64,000 nt of DNA from a virus. The position numbers were made by a program, and so were the translations under genes. The notes under the pieces were generated by a model that saw only the letters and a list, made by a program, of their open reading frames with translations, made no database searches and was not told the DNA's origin. The DNA is taken from IMG/VR virus record IMGVR_UViG_3300045988_109049; one strand, written 5' to 3'. Of this stretch, positions 31,260 to 39,823 are shown piece after piece (position 1 is the first letter of the stretch; each line of letters starts with the position of its first letter).

Positions 31260-32206
31260 GATATAGTTTTAAAATACATAGTTTCTGCATTATATTCAGT
31301 ATAGAACGGAAGGTCCCTGTCTATAAGTGGATTACATTTATTTGCTATAAAATTGACAAACAAATTAACTATAACGGATCCAATCATATTAGCCATAAAA
31401 GTAGTTTGTTTATAACTGCATACAGTAGGATCGGCCTCAAAGTCTGAGAACAAATAAGGTTCATATCTTCGTATATTATCCATATCGTCTCCTTTTATAC
31501 AGAACACTTGAAATTCTTCTGCTGCCAATCTGCCATCTATAAACAGACATTCTTCTCGTCTTTCTTTGGGTAATTCTAACACCTTATCAGTCCAATTCTT
31601 AAAAGCATCTTTTCTAGCTTTCATATTATCGAACCCACAAATAGTTATTCCAGTTATGGTTGAAGAGGTATCCAGTTTTTTAGTTAAAGCTGAAACACTA
31701 TAATAGTCTGAATAATTTTCTATCATATCTGCTATAGCATTTGCCTTATAAAGACCTATTTGAGACTTACTATATAACTGTCCAGACAAATTAACTGTTT
31801 CTACCTTATCTGGGTCATATAAAGTTAGTGACCTGACATCCATTCTAGATAACATAAATACTACATAGCTTCCTATCCCTCCTAATCCAGCTACAGTAAT
31901 ATTTTGCTTAAGTATCTTATCGAACCAAAGGGCAGAGCTAAATCTCGATGTTTCTTCTTTTATTAATAAGGTCTCAGAATTTTCAGGAATTTTATCTATA
32001 ACCAAATCCTGATCTATTAGTGCAGATATTAACATAGAATGTTCTTCTTCATTAAGATAAAATCTACTACCTTCTACAGTAATTTCACTAACAAATTCTC
32101 CATCCATAATAACTTGCCTAATACTGGAAATAGCCTTTCCTTTGATTAACTCTATTAAGTCTCCTACAGGTAGTGATTCATTAGTGTTTTGATCTAAGCT
32201 TTTCAT
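31256..32206 (-). CDS. ThiF/MoeB/E1-like adenylyltransferase
   Basis: ITVAGLGGIGSYVVFML is the GxGxxG loop. LTLYDPDKVETVNLSGQLY corresponds to DxDxVexSNLxRQ with Gly in place of Arg. Also GLYKANAIA and ICGFDNMKARKD (DNxxxR). A Cys lies in PTVCSYKQT. Confidence 0.7.
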   Translation of the reverse strand: MKSLDQNTNESLPVGDLIELIKGKAISSIRQVIMDGEFVSEITVEGSRFYLNEEEHSMLISALIDQDLVIDKIPENSETLLIKEETSRFSSALWFDKILKQNITVAGLGGIGSYVVFMLSRMDVRSLTLYDPDKVETVNLSGQLYSKSQIGLYKANAIADMIENYSDYYSVSALTKKLDTSSTITGITICGFDNMKARKDAFKNWTDKVLELPKERREECLFIDGRLAAEEFQVFCIKGDDMDNIRRYEPYLFSDFEADPTVCSYKQTTFMANMIGSVIVNLFVNFIANKCNPLIDRDLPFYTEYNAETMYFKTIS

Positions 32207-32221
32207 ATTATCATTTCTCCT

Positions 32222-33406
32222 TTAAAAAATATAATCACTTAATATTTTAATACATTCTTCTATGTATATATTACTATCAAGCTTCTCTAATTCTTCTTTG
32301 ATTGCAGTAGCACATAATGTAACTATCTCATCATTATCCACTCCTTGTCCAACCAAATCCTCATCTATTGTATACCAACACAGGAATTCTATAAATCCTT
32401 CAGCCCACTTCTTGAACATCTCCAGTCCTTCTTCTCCCTTCCCAAATCTTCTTTCATATATAGGTATCATTCCTGCTACCCAAGATTTTATATTTATTTT
32501 ACTTTCTCTAGGGATAACCACACTTCCTGTTACCAATTGAAGGGTTAAAGACTTTGCCAGACCTTTATTAAAACTATACTTCTTTGTATCATCTCTAAAT
32601 TTTAAAGTCTGCTGTCTCTGACCTAAATCATCTTCTTCCATTAGATTATATATATCCTTTTGTGTCAATGGTTCAAACTTGGAAAAAGGCTTATACGTGT
32701 GAAGAGGAGGATCAAATCTACTATTTATTTTCTGAATCTTAGACTCCTCTATCTCTTTAAGTCTGGATTCTAACTCTGTATATTCACTACACCCTTCTAC
32801 TTCTATATCAAGATAGTAATATTCCAATTCCTCAGTATTAGTTCCTTCAAAATTTCGAACTTCCTTGATTTGGGTGTTACCAAAACTAGGATAGCAGAAA
32901 CTTTCCACAATACACTTGTTAACCAATCTTCTAGTTATGGCTGCTGTATAATTCCCTCTATTATTAACTATTAAGGAAACAAAGTGATTTCTATCCAATC
33001 CTTCCTCTTTCAGAGTTCTTATATCTGTTCCACTGAAGAAGGTATCCATGTTATTATGTGAATGGATTAATCCCATATGACAATCTAGCAGCTCAGGGTT
33101 GTTCGCTACATAACTGCATACATCAGGAGACATATCAAACTCCGTATAAGCAGAACTTCCGATATCCATAACACATATATCTTCACATTTTATGATTAGA
33201 CTTCTATCTTCAAAGGATCCCTCAGATGTAAAAAATAGAACTCCAGACCACTCATCTTTCCATACCTTTCTACATATGTATCTTATTTTTTCTTCTACTT
33301 TCTTCGGTATTATCATTTTATAAGTAGTAGAATTCTTGGTCATCTGAATTATTTGTTCCTCTGCTTTTTTCTGACTCATCTCTGAGACTTGATTTATTCC
33401 TTCCAT
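32222..33406 (-). CDS. JAB/JAMM (MPN+) metalloprotease domain protein with unknown ~200-aa C-terminal region
   Basis: DEWSGVLFF supplies the conserved Glu. HSHNNMDTFFSGTD is an exact HxHx7SxxD JAMM motif (about 33023-33064). The true start may be a downstream ATG (33379, 33343 or 33316). Confidence 0.7.
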   Translation of the reverse strand: MEGINQVSEMSQKKAEEQIIQMTKNSTTYKMIIPKKVEEKIRYICRKVWKDEWSGVLFFTSEGSFEDRSLIIKCEDICVMDIGSSAYTEFDMSPDVCSYVANNPELLDCHMGLIHSHNNMDTFFSGTDIRTLKEEGLDRNHFVSLIVNNRGNYTAAITRRLVNKCIVESFCYPSFGNTQIKEVRNFEGTNTEELEYYYLDIEVEGCSEYTELESRLKEIEESKIQKINSRFDPPLHTYKPFSKFEPLTQKDIYNLMEEDDLGQRQQTLKFRDDTKKYSFNKGLAKSLTLQLVTGSVVIPRESKINIKSWVAGMIPIYERRFGKGEEGLEMFKKWAEGFIEFLCWYTIDEDLVGQGVDNDEIVTLCATAIKEELEKLDSNIYIEECIKILSDYIF

Positions 33407-34631
33407 ATTTACAATTTACTAATTTTAATATTCTATTCAATAAAAAACCTATTATATCTGGATTTAAGATGGTAGTAACATAATTATTAATATTATCTCC
33501 TTCTGTTATATGAACTACTACTTCTTTCCCCTTAAATGTGCCCATCACTCCTAGATTAGATCTATTAATCTCTAAAACATCCCGGGTATTAGTAATTCTG
33601 TAAATACTATCCTTAAATACAAATACCTTGGTTAAAATATTTTCTAGAGACTCTTCCTCTTTTCTTATAATTCCTTTTTGATATATATATCTTCCTTTGG
33701 TATTAAACCAAGTGATAAATTCATTACTTACTAGTAGTATAAATTTCGTTATATTCATACCAATAGAGTAACCCCCATTTTTGTAATTGAAGATAAGTTT
33801 TTTCTGTTCTATGAAATATTTAATGAAATCATAAACCATAGGCTTCAAACATGATGGTATATATACCGAATCATTAAGACCGATATGATCTGTTTTAACA
33901 CTTCTGTTAGAAGCCACCTCCTCTAATCTCCTATAAGGACCTCCACTTAGGGATTCTGTTGCTACATACTTCTCCAATTCTACACAAAACAGTCTCCAAA
34001 TATCCAAATCATAAAGAACATTCAAGGAATTTACTGTATTTCTTATAGGACCACTTCCCAAACATACTTGAAGAAACTCTTTAGGGTTCCTCTTTGGTAT
34101 TCCACATACATGGGAATGCATATAGTCACAAAAATACTGTGTCATTGTATATTCCCCTCTATTAAGAAGGAAGGATCCTACCATAGTACCGTCCATATCT
34201 ATTGTTACTTTGACATATAGTTCAGTAATATCTATAAAATGATCATATTCATTACTAACTCTTACTTCTGGGAAATATACTATGATGTGAGACTGTATCT
34301 TACTCCCTAATTTCAATATTACCTCATCCAGAAGATCCCTAATGCTAGGGATACTACTTAGAATTTCATCAGGTATGTCCTTTATTAATTGTATATTAGA
34401 CATTTTTTTCTTTAACCTGGATGACTCCTCAGTGCCCAGTGCTGTTTCAATACTTATATTATCATAAGTTTTCGAGAATTCCTCTTCTATTTCTGAAATG
34501 GTAGGAACATCTTGTAAGTCTACCTTATCTTCTCCAAAGAAATCTTCGAATATTTCTAATACACTTGTTATATTTCGTAAACGTTCCTTACATATTGCTT
34601 CTATAACTTTCCTAGTTTTTTCCCCTATCAT
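33318..34631 (-). CDS. Candidate E2/UBC-like protein (437 aa)
   Basis: A beta-rich stretch is followed by YMHSHVCGIPKRNPKEFLQVCLGSGP. This resembles the UBC HPN...G.ICL catalytic region (about 34050-34125). It sits directly upstream of the JAB and E1 genes. Confidence 0.35.
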   Translation of the reverse strand: MIGEKTRKVIEAICKERLRNITSVLEIFEDFFGEDKVDLQDVPTISEIEEEFSKTYDNISIETALGTEESSRLKKKMSNIQLIKDIPDEILSSIPSIRDLLDEVILKLGSKIQSHIIVYFPEVRVSNEYDHFIDITELYVKVTIDMDGTMVGSFLLNRGEYTMTQYFCDYMHSHVCGIPKRNPKEFLQVCLGSGPIRNTVNSLNVLYDLDIWRLFCVELEKYVATESLSGGPYRRLEEVASNRSVKTDHIGLNDSVYIPSCLKPMVYDFIKYFIEQKKLIFNYKNGGYSIGMNITKFILLVSNEFITWFNTKGRYIYQKGIIRKEEESLENILTKVFVFKDSIYRITNTRDVLEINRSNLGVMGTFKGKEVVVHITEGDNINNYVTTILNPDIIGFLLNRILKLVNCKYGRNKSSLRDESEKSRGTNNSDDQEFYYL

Positions 34632-34641
34632 ATCATATAAT

Positions 34642-34674
34642 AAAAAAAAAGCAGGTAAGAAGAATCTTACCTGC
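34642..34674 (-). terminator. Intrinsic terminator between the Ubl-like gene and the E2-like gene
   Basis: Perfect 9-bp stem gcaggtaag/cttacctgc (34651-34659 and 34666-34674), followed on the minus strand by T9. Confidence 0.7.
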
Positions 34675-34691
34675 TAGTAAACAAACCTTTA

Positions 34692-35321
34692 TCAAACAAA
34701 ATCAAACATTTCATCAATCTCATCATCTGAGTAGGTGGAGAGCTCTTTTTTTGGCTTTACAGTGTTAGAGAAGTACTTACCATTAAGAATATTAGTAGCC
34801 TCCTCTCTTTCCAAAATTTCAGCATCTACCAAAGAGTCTAATAGGCATTTAATAGAGGTTTTCAATGAAGTTACTTCTTTCTCTAAATCACCTTTAGGAG
34901 CTTCTTTCTTAGATGTAGAACCGTGATGCTCTTCAACCAGTTTCAGAAGATCTTCAGATTTACACAGAGTATAATTTTTCCCGTACTTTCTAATACAGGC
35001 ATCCTCCAAGTGATATTCTTTTATACTATTGTAAATCTCTTTTCTATTTACAGCTCCAGATCTAATCTTTTTATTAGGAGAAGTCAACATGAACACAAGC
35101 TCATTAGTAGTCTGTCCTTTATAAAGGACATCATGAGGAAGAATAGAATCATTATTGATTAATTCAGTTTTTGAAAGTCCTTCATAGAATGTCATGTCAT
35201 GATAATTTACGCCTGATCTATCCAGATCTCTCTTCAGTTCCCCTAATGTAGTAGCACTAGACATAATTACTTTTTTCTCTTGTGTTCTCGTAGATACGAT
35301 TGTGATTTTTCTTGCTTCCAT
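34692..35321 (-). CDS. Candidate beta-grasp (ubiquitin-like) N-domain protein with helical middle and acidic C-terminal tail
   Basis: Residues ~5-88 (KITIVS..KKVIMS..TTLGELKRDLDRSGV..MTFYEG..ELVFMLTSPNKKIRSG) follow the beta-beta-alpha-beta-beta ubiquitin pattern and end at Gly. The protein tail is DDEIDEMFDFV. Confidence 0.35.
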   Translation of the reverse strand: MEARKITIVSTRTQEKKVIMSSATTLGELKRDLDRSGVNYHDMTFYEGLSKTELINNDSILPHDVLYKGQTTNELVFMLTSPNKKIRSGAVNRKEIYNSIKEYHLEDACIRKYGKNYTLCKSEDLLKLVEEHHGSTSKKEAPKGDLEKEVTSLKTSIKCLLDSLVDAEILEREEATNILNGKYFSNTVKPKKELSTYSDDEIDEMFDFV

Positions 35322-35365
35322 AATTAATTTTATTAAATGTTTTTTTTTTTTACTTTTTTTTTCTT

Positions 35366-36367
35366 TTATTTTTCGAATAATTCTTTCATTATTTTAATGA
35401 AGTCATTCTTGTCTTGAAGAGAATGATAAAGGCCTGATATATCATTATCTCCTTCGAATTTAGGTAATATCAAATTAGTAAATCCTGTGGATTTAGCCAG
35501 TTTCTCCCCATCTATAAGTCCTGCTTCATCATTATCAAATAATATGAATATCCTTTTATACCTTCTTTTAAGCTCATTAATAGCTGTGTTGCTTATTCTA
35601 TAGCCTTCTCCCTGAACAGCTAAGGATGGAATTCCGGTATTAGCCCATAAGCAAAGAGCGTCTTTTACAGAAGAACATATGCATACTGAATCTCCATATT
35701 CAGGTATTTTTGTCCACAAACTAATTACAGACAAGTCATGTTTGTTACTCCATTTATAACCATCTTTGTTAAATGGTTGGTAAATCTTCAAAGTAACCTT
35801 TCCTTCTTTACGTTCTACATACGCATAGGCATATTTATCTGCTGCATACACTCTTCTCACTCCATCCTTTATCACGATCTTATGAGATATAGGATAAACA
35901 TCAGCATATTTTAACCATTCCAGACTCACTCCAAAGGATTCCCAGTACTCTATATCATGTTTCCTCCACTCTCTTATTTTGCATTGTAAGTCAATTGACT
36001 TATTATAACTTTTAGTAGTAATTATACTGCAGGAATTATAAGGTCTTATATTAGAATTATTAGAGAATCTAAGCATATCCTTATCTATTCTTTCTAAAAC
36101 TTCTACATATGATATCCCCCATAGTTTAGACAGAAGGTCAAATAATCCTCCTCTGTCTCCTGTAGATAAATCAACATAAAATATTCTCTTTCCATCTCTA
36201 GAGTATAACCCAAAAGAAGGTCTTTTATCTTCTCTGAGAGGAGAATTTATTATACAAGGTATTTCAGTGATACCCAAATAAAAGTATAGAATACTAGATT
36301 CTGTTGTTTTCTTCAATATGTCCTCTAAGCTAATTGAAGATCTTCCAGAAATAAATGGCATATTCAC
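35366..36367 (-). CDS. DnaG-like Toprim primase
   Basis: VCICSSVKDALCLW and ILFDNDEAG are Toprim E...DxD motifs. The gene sits in the replication module. Confidence 0.65.
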   Translation of the reverse strand: MNMPFISGRSSISLEDILKKTTESSILYFYLGITEIPCIINSPLREDKRPSFGLYSRDGKRIFYVDLSTGDRGGLFDLLSKLWGISYVEVLERIDKDMLRFSNNSNIRPYNSCSIITTKSYNKSIDLQCKIREWRKHDIEYWESFGVSLEWLKYADVYPISHKIVIKDGVRRVYAADKYAYAYVERKEGKVTLKIYQPFNKDGYKWSNKHDLSVISLWTKIPEYGDSVCICSSVKDALCLWANTGIPSLAVQGEGYRISNTAINELKRRYKRIFILFDNDEAGLIDGEKLAKSTGFTNLILPKFEGDNDISGLYHSLQDKNDFIKIMKELFEK

Positions 36368-36386
36368 ATTATTTTTCTATTTATTA

Positions 36387-37313
36387 TTATTTATCAAACC
36401 ACGGAGAGGATTGCATTGGCATGTCAAAAGGAGATCCTGTCTGGGTCAAGTCATTATTGAAGTCAGTCGGTTCTATTGTGTACTCCTTTAAATCACAGAC
36501 TTCAAATTCTGTAGTAGGATAAGCTCCAGCGGCTTTTCTGTTTTGAAGTTCTTCATCCAGTTTGCTATAATCTGCTACACTATTCTTCAGGAACTTTTGA
36601 ACATAAACAGCTTGATACTGTTTGCCATCTTCAGTAGTTCTTACTCCGAATAGACCTTTGACTCTGTTCTTAGGCTGCAAAGAGATTGCTTCTTTCAATT
36701 CTGAATAATCTCCTTTGAAATAATTTTCAATCTTATCCAATCTAGCTTCCGCATCAGCTTTATTAGGAAGTTCTACCACTTCTCCATTGGATTTTCTATA
36801 GGATTTATTAGGAATATTTAAATATGCCTTCAAGAATCCTGTAAGATCCTCTTCCCCTATATAAGCTGGCCTAAAATCAGCAGGTTCGAACCAATTAAGA
36901 TTGGATGGAATAGTGCCAGATTTTGCATTTTCTATAGGCAGCCAAGTAGTTTCTCCATATTTATTTATTACTTGGACTTTGCTTCCATCTCTGTTATATC
37001 TAACCTCCCTGGCAATGAAGAAAGATATTTTAGTTTTCATATCAATTCCATTGCATTTCTCAGGGTCTGTCTGTACAATAAAATCTATTCTTACTTGAGG
37101 AACAGTATGTTTATCACCTTCTGGACCAACTTCAACTTCACTTAAATATGAAGGACCATCATTAATAGTGGTATTATACAATTTTTCTAGTGTTTCCTTA
37201 TCAGGATTAACAGCTAATACACCTACTGAGCCTACTCCAATATACTTTTTAACTACACTACCTTCTGTAGATTCACTACCCGTAGCAAAAGCCATAAAAA
37301 TCTTGTTTGTCAT
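36387..37313 (-). CDS. Putative ssDNA-binding protein (tentative)
   Basis: Assignment rests on position between primase and helicase genes and a beta-rich N-terminal half. No diagnostic motif was seen. Confidence 0.3.
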   Translation of the reverse strand: MTNKIFMAFATGSESTEGSVVKKYIGVGSVGVLAVNPDKETLEKLYNTTINDGPSYLSEVEVGPEGDKHTVPQVRIDFIVQTDPEKCNGIDMKTKISFFIAREVRYNRDGSKVQVINKYGETTWLPIENAKSGTIPSNLNWFEPADFRPAYIGEEDLTGFLKAYLNIPNKSYRKSNGEVVELPNKADAEARLDKIENYFKGDYSELKEAISLQPKNRVKGLFGVRTTEDGKQYQAVYVQKFLKNSVADYSKLDEELQNRKAAGAYPTTEFEVCDLKEYTIEPTDFNNDLTQTGSPFDMPMQSSPWFDK

Positions 37314-37339
37314 ATTTAATATTCTCTTTATATAATGTT

Positions 37340-37377
37340 AATAACAATAATAATAATAATAACAATAATAATAATAA
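37340..37377. repeat. (AAT)n microsatellite interrupted by AAC
   Basis: aataacaataataataataataacaataataataataa, in the intergenic gap upstream of gene 36387-37313. Confidence 0.8.
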
Positions 37378-37384
37378 ATTTTGT

Positions 37385-37816
37385 TTATACAAATTCTTTC
37401 AAGGTAGGTCCTTGAACATTCTGCTCTTTATCTTCATGATCTATTTCTACAGGATTTGCTACAGAAGCTACTACAGGATCTGAGAAGACTTCATCATGAA
37501 TCTCATATACCTTCTTCTCCTCATTGAATACTACTATATTCGACTTTGGTTCATATTTAGTTATTTTGATGGGTTTCCCGTTTCTATCCATCTTGCCAGT
37601 GTCCTCTACTACTCTAGTTATGAGCTCTTCACTAGAATGTCCAGTAAGTATTCTTACTCCAACTTCATGACCCTCTATCTCATTGATCAGATCTTCACAT
37701 TCTTTGTTCAATTCTCTTATTTGCTCCAACAATTTATTCTTCTTGGTAACTAAGGAGCTTACATTTTGTGCTACTCTTTTCACAGTAGCTAGTTGTCTAA
37801 TTGAAATTGTTTTCAT
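37385..37816 (-). CDS. Hypothetical protein
   Basis: ORF track; N-terminal coiled-coil-like segment. Confidence 0.45.
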   Translation of the reverse strand: MKTISIRQLATVKRVAQNVSSLVTKKNKLLEQIRELNKECEDLINEIEGHEVGVRILTGHSSEELITRVVEDTGKMDRNGKPIKITKYEPKSNIVVFNEEKKVYEIHDEVFSDPVVASVANPVEIDHEDKEQNVQGPTLKEFV

Positions 37817-37817
37817 A

Positions 37818-38078
37818 TTAATAAGCTAAAATTGTTTTGTTATTACTATCTCTTATTTCTACTATATTTAATTTATTCTTGTAGTACTCTAGTATTTCAG
37901 TAAAGCATCTATCCGCTACACCAATGCTAAAAAGGATTGTAATAAAACATTTTGTTAATTCTGTATCTTTATTATGTTCTACACAACAATACTCTAGGAA
38001 CAACTCCATCATAGCTGTTCTAGTTAGTTTCCCTCCTGCATTGTTATTTATTATTTTAACTACGGTTTCCCTATCCAT
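37818..38078 (-). CDS. Hypothetical small protein
   Basis: ORF track. Confidence 0.4.
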   Translation of the reverse strand: MDRETVVKIINNNAGGKLTRTAMMELFLEYCCVEHNKDTELTKCFITILFSIGVADRCFTEILEYYKNKLNIVEIRDSNNKTILAY

Positions 38079-38445
38079 AAATCTCCTTTAACTTATCTAC
38101 TATTATAGATAAATCATTAGGGATCTCATCAGGAAGATCATCCAATGCCCCAAGACTGTCTTTAGCAGGATACTCCCCGTCAAATTCTTTCACAAAGTGT
38201 TTAATGGGTTTTTTATTCTCTGCGTCATATCCTACCTTGCCAAATAGAATAATATCGAACTTACCTTCAGGTGTTATATAGTCATCCACCATCTTTCCAG
38301 TAGTCTTAAACTTATAAGAAATGGAATCACCATTTTTATCTTTATACTCCTCATAGTGGGCACAACAGATAATATTCTTATTCTCCGGGAATCCCTTAAA
38401 GGCATCAAATATAAGACCCACACCATAGCCAATCTGCTTAGGTGT
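38071..38445 (-). CDS. AAA_24/Sak4-like RecA-family ATPase, exon 2
   Basis: TPKQIGYGVGLIF... continues exon 1 in frame after intron removal. The combined length of ~256 aa is typical for this family. Confidence 0.6.
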   Translation of the reverse strand, partial: TPKQIGYGVGLIFDAFKGFPENKNIICCAHYEEYKDKNGDSISYKFKTTGKMVDDYITPEGKFDIILFGKVGYDAENKKPIKHFVKEFDGEYPAKDSLGALDDLPDEIPNDLSIIVDKLKEIYG

Positions 38446-39420
38446 CATTTTGTTACCCTAAAGGCTTTTTATCCTTTAGTTCTATAGTTTCTTGCATTGT
38501 TACCATAGTTCAGCATACATTTTCATCCTCTAATTGAGGAGTCGGATACTCTTGGATACATTATATTCTCTATATAATAGAGGTTCAGTATCTATGCGTT
38601 ACACTGTGCAGTCCTTTTATCTACTGCATTTAGCACGGTATTAAGTGCTTTATCCCTTTTTCTTTTCAAAAACACTGTAGCATCTTTATACAGATAGTCA
38701 AAGATAGCTTTTCTTACTTTTATACTATAACTAAAATGTAAACTCCAATAGGGAGTGGTCTTTCTATTCTCTTTATAGATTACCCATTTTAGTTCAGGTA
38801 TAGCTGTTAAAAACCTATCTTTAATTTGCTCTGCAAATTTAGGTGAGTTACAAATCATACTGAAATGTCTATCACCAATAGACCCATCTCCATCCATAAA
38901 ACCTCTTATGAAATCTCTTTCATACTCCTGAGGTATATTAGGAAATTCAAAATCAGAATCATAAGTTTTTCTTGGTTGTATATTATATAAAGACCTTAAA
39001 TCATTTATAAGTTCCTTATCACATATTTGAAGAATAGTAGTTTGTTTCCTATTACCACTAGGTTGATAATATCTAAGATTGTTATCAGGAGCTATCTCTC
39101 TCTGTATTAATCTTAAAATTTCATCATCTTCAGATACACATCCAAATCTCAATCTTATTAATTTACTAGGTCTGTCTTTTCTTACTGATTCTTCTATAGA
39201 ACCATCAGCTACTAAATAGCCTAAAATATAGGCTTTAACTTCAGAGTCGATTATTTTAAAATAATCACTTTTGTGTTCCTTCTTATTAGGAATAAAGTCT
39301 CTCATATTATTTATATTTTGGTTGGCAAATATATAAATAATTTATGAGATATGCAATACCCTTCACCGTTTTTACCCGATTATTTTCACATAGATTGCTC
39401 TATGCAGGGACACACATTCT
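38446..39420 (-). mobile_element. Group I intron in the ATPase gene (divergent family member)
   Basis: The 5' exon ends in gaT (39421) and the intron ends in ggtaacaaaatG (38446). The 3' hairpin architecture is the same as in the UDG intron. The P7 halves are changed together: gcata (38593-38597) and tatgc (38513-38517). Confidence 0.7.
38592..39305 (-). CDS. Intron-encoded LAGLIDADG homing endonuclease
   Basis: ILGYLVADGSI and FIRGFMDGDGSI. Confidence 0.8.
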   Translation of the reverse strand: MRDFIPNKKEHKSDYFKIIDSEVKAYILGYLVADGSIEESVRKDRPSKLIRLRFGCVSEDDEILRLIQREIAPDNNLRYYQPSGNRKQTTILQICDKELINDLRSLYNIQPRKTYDSDFEFPNIPQEYERDFIRGFMDGDGSIGDRHFSMICNSPKFAEQIKDRFLTAIPELKWVIYKENRKTTPYWSLHFSYSIKVRKAIFDYLYKDATVFLKRKRDKALNTVLNAVDKRTAQCNA

Positions 39421-39816
39421 ATCCCATCCACCCTTCATGGCATTCGCCATATAGAAATCCTGAGCAAGATAATTCATATCATCTATAATAATATTCTTAT
39501 AGGGTGATTTCTTTATTATGTTAACAATTTCTGCAACCGCTGCAAATCTGTCAAGTCCTGTAAGATTATCTACCTGTACCCTATTTCCTGTAGCAAGAGT
39601 ATTTATATTTATAAGTTTCTGTGTAGGTTTACCTACATTCTCTACTCCGATACTACCCTCAATCAATTTAAAGTCAGGGTTAGGAACACCTCTGCCAATA
39701 CATTGGATAACATAGGTTTCTTTTGGATCAAGTCCCTTAATACCTAATTTATCCCTACCACAATAAGAAGTGGTTTTTCCAAACCCACTCTTTGCTAAAA
39801 CAAGTATCTTAGCCAT
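39421..39816 (-). CDS. AAA_24/Sak4-like RecA-family ATPase, exon 1
   Basis: Walker A VLAKSGFGKTT and Walker B-like NIIIDDMNYL. The exon ends ...KGGWD. Confidence 0.6.
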
Positions 39817-39823
39817 TCTAATT

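Noticed and set aside
33318-33406. 89-nt overlap between the E2-like and JAB ORFs as a programmed frameshift or fusion
   Set aside because: In-frame ATGs in the JAB ORF at 33379, 33343 and 33316 give ordinary short or no overlap. No slippery heptamer was noticed.
37340-37377. CRISPR array or other spaced repeats
   Set aside because: This is only a simple trinucleotide microsatellite. No repeat-spacer architecture occurs anywhere in the window.
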